In this document: positions 43,013 through 53,200 of the stretch, one piece after another | Numbering within the stretch: the first letter of the stretch is position 1 | Layout of the letters: each line of letters starts with the position of its first letter | IMG/VR virus record: IMGVR_UViG_3300025815_000010 | Span: 1-64,000 of that record | DNA: 64,000 nt | Source: a virus | Strand: one strand, 5' to 3' | The notes under the pieces: generated by a model | Told to the model about the DNA's origin: nothing | Database searches by the model: none | Seen by the model: the letters and a program-made list of their open reading frames with translations, nothing else | Position numbers and translations under genes: made by a program

Positions 43013-46000
43013 TTGAGCCTCCTCTAGTTAAAGTAGTCGCTTGTGAATTACTTTGTACCGTTTCCGTGGAATTAGATTCTGGCAAATCCCTTCTGCGTAT
43101 AAAATAACCCTGCTGTTGTTCGGAAGTTGGGACAGGAGTAGCCTCAACAGTAACAGTTGGCAATGCTTCTGGTGTCGGCACAACAGGCTTTGGAGGAATA
43201 ATTTCATCCGTTATGACAGTCTGCGGCTCTGGCTCTACATCCAACACCGGAGGGTCTTTCGTGTCTTGTGGATCTGGGGCTGGAATTTCAATATCTTCAC
43301 ATTCACCAGTTTCTGAGTTATATCTTTGACCTTCGCCACATGGGTCTTCTGTGACTACTGGCTTGTCTGGGATAGTTTCTTGCGGAATCTCCCTATCATC
43401 ACAAGGGTCATCTTCCTTAAGTTTTTCTTCTGGGACTGTCTCGCCACTCGTTTCGATAATTCCCAAAGAATCACTAATCTGTTGATTATCTGGTGTAGTG
43501 CCGCCTGCTGTTTCTTCCTTTTCTATAACAAAAACAACCTGTTCTGCTGAAACGGGGATCGTCATACTGTAGATTGGCTTCATCCCCTCATCGAATCCAG
43601 TAATATATTTTACAGAAGCAATTGTTTTTTCTAACACTTCTTCTTCTTTTATTTCTATTTCTTCAAGCTTCGGGTCTAACTGCTGTTCCTCTTTAGCTCT
43701 AGCCATCCTCATACGACGTCGAATCCTTAAATGTCTCCTTGGTAACGAGTCTTTTCTGTCGATAGGAGGCTCTTCTGTCTGCCGTATTTCTTTGGACAGC
43801 AGCTTATCTTTAAGCTCTTGCTCTTTAGGGTCTTCTACACTATATGCTTCTTCGGTCTTTTCTCCACCAGTCTTAGTTTGGAAATTTCTTCCTTCTCCAA
43901 AATACTTTGCAGAGTCACCAGACTGTTCTTTCTTCTTTCTTCTCAGCCTTCTGTTCTGGATCCTAACACCCATACCCGCCAAAACATCATCAACCGTGCC
44001 ATCGCTATACTCCGTTGATACCTCATCTGTCCTTAGTGCGCTAAGAGCTTTCTCGTAAGAGCCTGCTAGCGCTCTAGATAACACTATATCTTCTTCTTTA
44101 GTCTCAACAACAGTTGGCGTTAGTGAAGAATTATAGACTTTTCTAAAACCTTTTAAATCTTCATTAGTTATTTGCCTTTCATTCTTGCCTACGATTTCTG
44201 GGAAGAACTTATTAGCTTCTATGTTGAACCGGTTAACTAAACTATTTCTATTGATTCTAGGAAGCCTGCCGGGACTCTTAGTTAGTGCGCCCCTCATATA
44301 GCTCAAGTATACCTTGCTCCTAGAGTGCTTTGAAGCCCTCCACGGCTTCTCGGCGAAGTCCCTACTACTTCTTAGTCTATCGCTCTTCTGAGGCTTGTTC
44401 CTGCCCCCAGAAGACCTAGAGGTGTTCTCTGCTACAGATACTTCATGCTTGCTCAAGGATGTGATGAGGGCGTCTAGAAGTTCAATATATTTTTCAACTC
44501 CTGCCAAGTTACCAGTTGAAGGATAAAGCGTTTTTTGTAGTTGCTTCTTTTGTCTTCTAGGTATCTTGCGACCAAGCAATTCCTCTAAAGCACTAAAATA
44601 TAACATAGGAGAAGTTCTCCATGGTAAATTTGCAGCTTTGTTTGCGTTGCCTTTTGTTTTTATATCCAGATTGTAAATCTTTTTTAGGTATGAAAGATAT
44701 TCATGACTGAACTGGCCTGTCTGGGAATTAAAGTTAGATGGACTCTTTGCTTCTTCATAGTACGACATAATAATTTTTCTCGCTCTACGCAAGGAGTTAA
44801 GTCGCATATTGACAAACTTTTTAGTAGGATCTGTCACATCAATTTCGACACCGTATTTATAAGTGCCGTTTGTTAACTCCGACGCTTCAGCATCTACAAA
44901 AGAGAAAGCCTTTTTAGTACCAAGGCCAGAAATCCTTAATTGCTCAAAATATCCAATTGTCTTTTCACTTATTTCATCACCGTCTTCATCAATAATATTC
45001 TTTGCTGTTGCGACATTTCCAGCTTGCAAACTAGAATCAGAACTTGATACAACAACTGTTCTCTCCGGTGCCCTTGATTTTACTATTCTGGACTCCTTTG
45101 AGTAGCCGCCCTCAAAGTCATAAATCTTGTCTCTATAAATTGTTATGTTATTGATCCTTGCGAGGGACATAATTTTTTTTCTGTTTCTCAAGTTCATAAG
45201 CTGGTTATATTCCGAGTTCTGACGTAAGAAGCTCTCTAGATCAAAGGCAAACATGCCCCTAACGATACCAGTAGAGTCTCCACTAAGGAATATGTCTGAA
45301 TATATTTTTGTTGGTGTCTGCTGCGAAGTTAATGCAACCTGCTCTTGCAGTCCCTTCATCCGGCCAAATATTCTAAAATCTCTTACTATGTTTTCATGTT
45401 CTACGACTGTAAGTTTTCCATGTGGCTGGTCTGTATGTCTGGCCCCTTCCATGAAGCCCAAGGTTGGATGCCTATGCACAGGACCTTTCCATATACTTCC
45501 ATCTCTAGAGTAGAATGTATAAGACGTGAAATTTGTTCTGCCATTTGACATAGCCTTTTGTGATGTTCTCCTACCATATAACCCTAGCGGCTCAAACGCA
45601 GGGAACACTGTAAAGCCAACAAACTCAGACTCTAGCAGGAAAACTCTTTTTAGTTTTATCGTACAAAGGGTATCATTGTGTTCGGATAGCTGCCTAACAG
45701 CATAATCTTTAAGTAACTTATTTGTTGGGAATGAGAGCGTTTTCTCTTTTATATGCTTTTTAAATCTTTTTGGGATAGATTTGATCGACGTAACATTTGA
45801 ACTTTTTATGTAATCAAATGCTGCACTAGAAGTTGCGCACAGCACCTTGACAGTTAGGGAAGCTAGAATAGGTGGGTTGTACCAATGTGGATTTGCGAGC
45901 AAGTCATTCAAGGAAACTGTAATTGTTGCGGCTACAGCTTCCTTTTCGTTAGCATCTAATCTTCTGGTGCCGCTAGACAATCTGTTGTTTCCATATACAT

Positions 46001-46148
46001 TTTTTACAAATTCTGGTCTGTCAACATCATTTGTGAGTAAATCCTCGCTTCGTAAAGAAGTGGGATCACCCAATACAATAGAGTCAATGAAAACATAAGG
46101 AAGTCTTTCACCAACTAATTTTCTTAAAACTTCGTTTCTTGAAAGCAT
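43002..46148 (-). CDS. large hypothetical protein, basic N-terminal part and acidic Pro/Thr-rich tail
   Basis: 1048-aa ORF overlapping both neighbours, in the structural block. Confidence 0.6.
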   Translation of the reverse strand: MLSRNEVLRKLVGERLPYVFIDSIVLGDPTSLRSEDLLTNDVDRPEFVKNVYGNNRLSSGTRRLDANEKEAVAATITVSLNDLLANPHWYNPPILASLTVKVLCATSSAAFDYIKSSNVTSIKSIPKRFKKHIKEKTLSFPTNKLLKDYAVRQLSEHNDTLCTIKLKRVFLLESEFVGFTVFPAFEPLGLYGRRTSQKAMSNGRTNFTSYTFYSRDGSIWKGPVHRHPTLGFMEGARHTDQPHGKLTVVEHENIVRDFRIFGRMKGLQEQVALTSQQTPTKIYSDIFLSGDSTGIVRGMFAFDLESFLRQNSEYNQLMNLRNRKKIMSLARINNITIYRDKIYDFEGGYSKESRIVKSRAPERTVVVSSSDSSLQAGNVATAKNIIDEDGDEISEKTIGYFEQLRISGLGTKKAFSFVDAEASELTNGTYKYGVEIDVTDPTKKFVNMRLNSLRRARKIIMSYYEEAKSPSNFNSQTGQFSHEYLSYLKKIYNLDIKTKGNANKAANLPWRTSPMLYFSALEELLGRKIPRRQKKQLQKTLYPSTGNLAGVEKYIELLDALITSLSKHEVSVAENTSRSSGGRNKPQKSDRLRSSRDFAEKPWRASKHSRSKVYLSYMRGALTKSPGRLPRINRNSLVNRFNIEANKFFPEIVGKNERQITNEDLKGFRKVYNSSLTPTVVETKEEDIVLSRALAGSYEKALSALRTDEVSTEYSDGTVDDVLAGMGVRIQNRRLRRKKKEQSGDSAKYFGEGRNFQTKTGGEKTEEAYSVEDPKEQELKDKLLSKEIRQTEEPPIDRKDSLPRRHLRIRRRMRMARAKEEQQLDPKLEEIEIKEEEVLEKTIASVKYITGFDEGMKPIYSMTIPVSAEQVVFVIEKEETAGGTTPDNQQISDSLGIIETSGETVPEEKLKEDDPCDDREIPQETIPDKPVVTEDPCGEGQRYNSETGECEDIEIPAPDPQDTKDPPVLDVEPEPQTVITDEIIPPKPVVPTPEALPTVTVEATPVPTSEQQQGYFIRRRDLPESNSTETVQSNSQATTLTRGGSSGY

Positions 46149-47284
46149 TAATATACGGTTCCAGGCTTATCGCTGCAAGGATCATCCAAGTCTGGGCAAG
46201 GCTCGGATACTGCATCTGTACTGTAAATATCTACCAGTGCAATATTTTTCACATCTTCGCATTCAAAATCAACATTGATGTATCTGCCATCTTTCTTATT
46301 CTCTTCGATTGATGAGCAGATAAGCTGGCTATTAATCTGCTTATCAACATATATGTTGAAATAATATTCAACATTATCAGGTGTTATTGGTTCATTTGAC
46401 GTTATGATTTCATCATCATCTAATAGAATTCCATCTTGAATATTAGATGGTCTTCTCCTAAACTTTAAAGGCTTTAGTCTTTCTACGAGAGAAGCCTCTA
46501 GTCCAGCAACACTTTCCGTAGTTACCTCAAACACTTCAATTTCAAAATTATCTTTGGTAAATTCTGAATTTAATTCTTTAACTTGACAAAGTAATATTTC
46601 AGGATCAATATCCAGTATCTCTCCATTCTCAAACTGGATCGCCAGTTCAGTATCCGATATGAAATCTCTGTTTGTTATAGTATCTATTTTGTAGGTCAGG
46701 TCTACATTGATTTGTGGAATATCAAGCGTTGGCCTTGTAGAGCTAGAAAACGTATCTGTAGAGGAAGCTATCTCTCCACGCAGAAGTGTGATTGACCAAG
46801 CTGGAGCTTTCGTTGTCAGCTTATCAGTTGTGCCAAGCGCATATTGAGGACCATAATAATCTCTGTCAAATGCACTAGTATCTGATAAAGACTTTAGGTT
46901 TTCTTTTGCTTGTTCTATCTCTGCTGGTAGCTCTAAGCTAAGCTTGGGTGACAGCACTGGTCCAGTGTTAGCCCCCCCTGGGGACGGAGAAGTTCCTGCA
47001 ACTCTCAACCTAGTCGTCAATAAGCCTGTTTTATGAAAAACATTTCTATCAGAAAAAACTGTTTGTGTTGCAAGTTGCGGAGTATCTTCTTGAATTCTGG
47101 GTTCTATAGAATTCTGCTCTCTTTCGGGAGACTCGTTTGGTCTACCATACTGACTCTCATAAAGAATATTGTCGTCAAAAAACGCATAGTATTCTGGCTT
47201 TAGTCGCCCTACCGACAATAAGTATTCACCATAAGGAGTTAGGACCGTATCTAAAACTTCTTCTTTTTTATCTAGAAATTTCAT
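46148..47284 (-). CDS. virion structural protein
   Basis: 378 aa; N-terminal MKFLDKKEEVLDTVLTPYG..LLS.G...PEYYAFFDD.ILY resembles the N-terminus of 38394-39284. Confidence 0.55.
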   Translation of the reverse strand: MKFLDKKEEVLDTVLTPYGEYLLSVGRLKPEYYAFFDDNILYESQYGRPNESPEREQNSIEPRIQEDTPQLATQTVFSDRNVFHKTGLLTTRLRVAGTSPSPGGANTGPVLSPKLSLELPAEIEQAKENLKSLSDTSAFDRDYYGPQYALGTTDKLTTKAPAWSITLLRGEIASSTDTFSSSTRPTLDIPQINVDLTYKIDTITNRDFISDTELAIQFENGEILDIDPEILLCQVKELNSEFTKDNFEIEVFEVTTESVAGLEASLVERLKPLKFRRRPSNIQDGILLDDDEIITSNEPITPDNVEYYFNIYVDKQINSQLICSSIEENKKDGRYINVDFECEDVKNIALVDIYSTDAVSEPCPDLDDPCSDKPGTVY

Positions 47285-50200
47285 TCTTGTTCGCTCCCAA
47301 TAAGGTCAATTTTGGCGTCTATTTTAACTAGCTCTACCATAGAAAAGAAGTCATAAGGCCAGTTGTAACTATATTCCGTTTCTCTCTTCTTACCAGCAAT
47401 CTCAAATTCAAACTTAAATCTCTTATCATCTAGGTTATCTCCAGACTTTGAAGCAACCTTAGAGAAGTAGTTCTTAACTGCCTTTTGTTTGACTTTGAAT
47501 ACCATCCACTGAAGTTGGTCTGGGACCTCGCTAGAGTTTAACAGCTGATCTTCAAGAACCTTGTGGCTGATTGATGCTTGTTGTTCCTCTACTCTTTCGA
47601 TTGATTTTGGAGGTAGATTTTGCCAAATATGAGTTAGGTCGTCTGAATCAAAAGTGTGGCTAAACTCGAAAATGTACATTGCTATTGGCCTAACTGATGG
47701 ATTCGTCGCAAAATCAAACTTTGGTGGGAATACATAGTTCTGCATCTTTGAATACATATCTGCAATTGAATTATCTTCTGGTAGCTTCCCAGCCCTCATT
47801 GCTTGGGCTATGGTATCTGGTATTTCAAAGAAGGCTTTTGATGAGCCTCTCTGAACAAATGGAATCGCCACAACGGCTTCTTTTATTTCTTTAGCTTGTG
47901 CTACTTCTCCAAGTCTACGTGGGTCTTGACTAATTCCCAACAAATCAACCAATGACTCAGTATCTGCCCCATCATAGTAGGTTGTTGCATTCGGGTGCTG
48001 TGCTAGCCACTCACTTGGTATATCAGTAGCTTGTAGGAATATTCCCTTCTCTGGGGTATCAGGTGGTAATCCAAACTGGTGCCACATGCCACGCGGCACT
48101 GATTCAGAACCGTAAGTTGGCATCGTTAAATTACTCTCTAGGTCAACAGGAGAGTCAGCAAAGTTAAACATAGGAGTTTCCCACTTTGGCTGTATCACCA
48201 TCGCAACATGATTAGCTGTTGGGTCATCAGAAATCTTTGTTGGTTGACCAGTAACGGGATCATATTCTACTGATTTAATTCTAGCTCTGCCATCAGTAAT
48301 CAACACATCGTCTAGGTTAAGTATGTTCTGCCTAAGAGGTCTTTTTCCGGCTACTAGATTTGGATTATAGAATCCCGCGTTATTGCCAATAGTAAAATTA
48401 TCATCAAAACGAATGCTGAGTTCTGCGCTGATTGCTCCTAAAATTTCTTCTAGTCTGTACTTCTTTGTCTCTGTCGCGGTAAAAGCAAAATCTAGCCATG
48501 CTTGGCCATGGTAATATGGTGGAGTAGCAGCCCAATTGTATCCGCTATGACTGTCCAGCATTCTCTGTGACAGTGTTCCATCATGATCTGTTTGTGCAAG
48601 AGCGTTTCTACCTGTTATCGGATGGTAAAAAGCAGATGGCCTACTGTACATTGTAAACGTTTCACGTAAATCTGATTGAAGCGGATTGTCTTGTGGCACT
48701 TCATAGCCTAGGCTACCAAATGTTCTAGAAGTGTTCATGCTTCTATACATCTTGACTCTCATCGCATATGTCGTCCCAGATACTGCATTACCGAACCCTG
48801 GATCACTTTCTGGTAAAGATGTAATCGTAGTCATGTTTCCGTTTGGCAAGAAGAATTCTGGGCACTCTCCAAAGAAGTTGCTTGCCATCATTCTATACAA
48901 TGGATCGCCTTGGCCATTCCAAGACGCTGTAAGATTCATGGATGCACTTGGGTGAGGAGCAGCATCAAGTATCTGAAAACCAGCAAGATACTTCTCCGGC
49001 TCTACTGCCGCCTCAAAATCAATATATCTTAGTAATGCCTCGCCACTTCCACTAATCGCATAGTAACTATCACCTAGAGTTTGCACTTCAAAGCTGCTTG
49101 TCATAACCGGATAAGGAACTCCGATACCACTTTTGACTGAATTATAAACAATGCCGGGTGCGAATACAGGCTCCAAGAATGGCCTTATTTTAGCCTGCTC
49201 GTAAGTAGAATCAGCACCTTCAACTTTAACAAACTGTGCATAGGAAGAAGAAAACTGTGTTGCCATCTGTAGTGTTCTTTCCGCAGGATAGAAGCCGTTA
49301 TATGGTAGGAACTTCATGAGAGCTTTACAGGACAAAGTAATCTCTCTATCGGTGGTTACATCTCTATGGTCACTATCTATAATATCAAAGTGCCTAAGGA
49401 AGTCGGAATTTGAGTATACATTATAGAATTGCTCATATGAGCTATCAGTGGGGAAATCAGAAGAAGCTGTCGCCCCGAAGATATCAAATGAAGCAGTATT
49501 CTCTGCTAGGAAATCCCCAGCCATAGTCGATACATAGTATTCCATGTGATCACTAATTCTAAACTCTGGGACCACTGAATAGTCCTTACCATGATACCTT
49601 ATCTCATTTGCATAATCAGAGTATGTGTTGTAAGCAGGATTGGATCTATCGCTAGAGCCGGTCACAAAGGAACCATTCTTTATCGCTCCTGCAAGCTCTC
49701 CCGTCTGCCACAAAGCGTTACCATTACCAATATCGATGTAACCAAAGATATCTCCACCTGTCCCTGCCGCAGAGCCCGTCTGTGAAATTACAATACCAGA
49801 TGGAGCTACGACAGAAGATGTTGTAGCAGAATAATGCTTGTGAGAGTATAGTGCTGATGCCGTGATGGCTGTCTTTGTACCGTGGTGCGTGTAAGTTCCA
49901 AAGTTCTGTAGCTCTCCTGCTGGATCCGTGGCGTCGTTCTCTGCCTTAATACCAGCTACATCATAGGTAGTAAATGTTGGCTTCGCATCAAGAGCCCAAA
50001 TGCTGTAGAGGCTACGACCACCAAGGCTTACCTTATTCGCTTTATTATCATTTCTCGTATCTCTGTCAGAGTGCCAGAAGTTAATTTCATAACCTTCTCG
50101 CTGACGGATTCTGTTATCATAGACGTTTCTTTCAGATGGATACACGGTCTCTTCATACATTAAACCAGCAAATCCATATTCACCGTATAGCCTCTTGGTA

Positions 50201-53200
50201 TTATTGTAAGCTTCAGAAGAATTACGTGATAGGTGCTGCCTTTCGTTAAGCTCATAACTTGAGAAGAAACTTAAATTGTTTCCATATGTTGAAATAATGT
50301 CGTAATCTCCAACCATCTGGACTATTGGCTTGTACCTTGAAATAATCGGAGATTCTCTAAATTGCTTATATGACCCGTATCTCTGTGCTGGGAGCACTCT
50401 GCCGCCTGGTGAATAAGTTTGCTTGTCTGCACTTAAAGTAGAAATAATATGCGTATCTCTTAGATTTCTTGCAACTGGATGTTCGCCTACCCTGATTTGG
50501 TTCCATGTATTGAAACCAAAATTATCGCCTCTATGAGATAAAATAACATTTAAAGCGTTTCCTATATTTGAAACGGAACCAAAGTTATTTGTCAGGTAAG
50601 AAACCATTCCTGTGCCAAGTGGGTATCCTAGAGTCTGCTCTGAAGAGCTTATTGGTTCTGAAATAACTGTATTTAACCCTACTGTATCGACAACTATGCC
50701 TGTGGTGGACACGATATCGCTCTGGCTCAAGAAGGTTATCGCGTTAACATACCCAGCTGAAGTAGAGACCTCAAAGTTAGCTGGGGCATATCCAAGCATC
50801 TTTCTACCACTAGCTCTCGTTCCGCCTGGCTCTGTTGAGACATAAGATGCTGTAAGCCATGTGTATTGTAGGTCACTCTGCGGAATTGGTCTCGTAACAA
50901 ACGCATTGTCTCTCACTGATCCCGTGGCCACTGTCCCTAAATCACCAACAAATTCGTTACTGTACTCAATTCTATTCAGTGTGTTTCTATTAATTTTAAA
51001 GTAGTTTGCAACACCAGAGTAATCGTCTTCAGTTGCAGACACTCCGTCTTTAAAACCAAACTGTGCCGATGAAGCTGACAGGAGGACCCTAAATGGGTTT
51101 CTTACTAATAAATTCCTGTACGGCAGAGCGTTATAGACACTAAACTGCGTTGTTGCAGAGTCTAGGGCACCATGGGCGACATCTGGACCTCCAGGCGAAG
51201 AGAACCGTGTCGTCATCATATGAGCAGAGCTAGAAAGGAATTGAACCTCAGTATCTACAATTCCAGTTATAACACTAGATGTAATATTACTTACAGCTAC
51301 ACCTTCGTTCCTTACAAACTGTGAATCTCCGCTGGCCCTGCCAGCTACTTGCACCACTTCTCTAATATTCGTGTAGTTGCCTAAAGTCTCGCTACCAGTG
51401 GTTATTTGTAGATTCTCAATATTAACTGGTCTTTTGACTTTTACATTTCTCGTGAATACGGAGTACGGCCTTGTTGCGCGAGGCCATTGGCCTGCCTCAT
51501 CCAAGCCTCGGAACCTAAGGGCTGTCGCAGATTGATTGACATAAAAGCTTTCCGCTCTAGTCGAAGCATCGTCAGTGCCATCAGAAATATTCTGGTGTCT
51601 TGATGAAAATCCTCCTACAAACTTTTCAGTAAACGGAGTTTGCATTGGAATCTCTCCACCTAAGTGATAAGATTCAAATGAGTGTATATTGACAGCCTGA
51701 AAATCAGTAAAGGTGGTGTTGTAGCCAGTGTCTAAGTTGCCACTTAGATACCTGAATGGAAGATAGTTTTGTGCTTTTATACCATCAAATACATTACCGG
51801 CTGAATAGGTAAAGTATTTTTTATGCATAGGATGAATTACGTCGTCTATGTCCTTGATTGAATCACTTTCTCTCGTGGCGGTAGTTACGACGGTACCGTA
51901 ATTTTCTGTGTACTTGTCGATAAAAGCTCCAGGTCTTGTTGTTTGGGGAAGGTTGGTACCACCGTGAATAATCTTCCTACCAGTTCCAAATCTTGATATC
52001 TTATCCTCGGAGTCTGCCTCAAAAGATATCTTTACGGGTGTCCCTCTTCTCCTCGCCCTATCAGACACTTTACTTTGTATAATTGCTGCCCTTGTCTGGT
52101 TGACACCATCGTCACTTGAAGATAAAACAGGGTGTGTTGCTTCAGCGTATTTCCAATAAACAGTGTTTTCAGATTCCAGATTAGACACAGGAGCGTGAGC
52201 GTGTCTCCAGTTTTCTATGTCTTCAGGTACAAGCTCAAAAATACCTCTAGCTTTACCAGAAACCTCAAGGGCTGTCATCGGAGTTCTTGCCTTAAGGTCT
52301 ATAGTTGGGAATTTTGCATGATATTTGGGTCTTTCCAGCACATGGCTTTCAATCATGGTCCGAACATCTTCAGATGTATTGGCAGAAGCAGGAATGAACT
52401 GTCGCAAGATGATTGATAGCGATGAATCAATCCATCGATAAAAGTCAACGTATTTATCAAGATCAGGAGTATTTTCTACATTTTCGAAAAACAAGCTTCT
52501 TAACTTGCGTAAATCCTTGTACTCCTGGCGGTATCTGTTGACAGGCTCGCCAATTAGGTTATTGAAGCCTATAATTGTAGAGAACATATTAAGCATCTCT
52601 TCAGAGATTGTTTGATACATACTCTTCTCAATCGCAAAGAAGTGATTTATTGTCCTACTGTCTCTTGTAAACGTCTCGTCATCAAACTCAAGGACATTCG
52701 TCATGTCGTAGCTTGTAATGACCTCTGGCGGATTCTGTACGGCTGTTTGTACATACTCTACAGCAATTGAGCCTGTTGCGCTAGCTGGGAAGAAAAATCC
52801 GCGCCCAGTGTATTGGTTAGCAACCGATTGGCCAAAATCACCCGGATATCTATCCCTTTTCTCAATCGAGCCAGAAGAAAAATCGTTAACTAAAAACTCT
52901 CCGTTAGAGTCAGATTGACTCACATCTTCAAGGTTCCAGTGCAACGCCAGAGTTTCAATCCTGGGGATAATGCTACCCTCTAGATCGGTATCGTACACAA
53001 ACGCACTCTCGTATGGCCTCAGAACACCATGAGCGTTAGTGTTCTTCGCATGAGAAATAATTTCATTGTTATCTAAGAATGTATTCCAATGTCTAAGGGA
53101 AGTTATTTTGAGATCCGATTCATTTATTAAAGAACCGGTAAAGTTTGTCCTGTGTGCTCCGAAGTAGTATCTTCTTGGGTTACTTATGTAACCATTGTTT

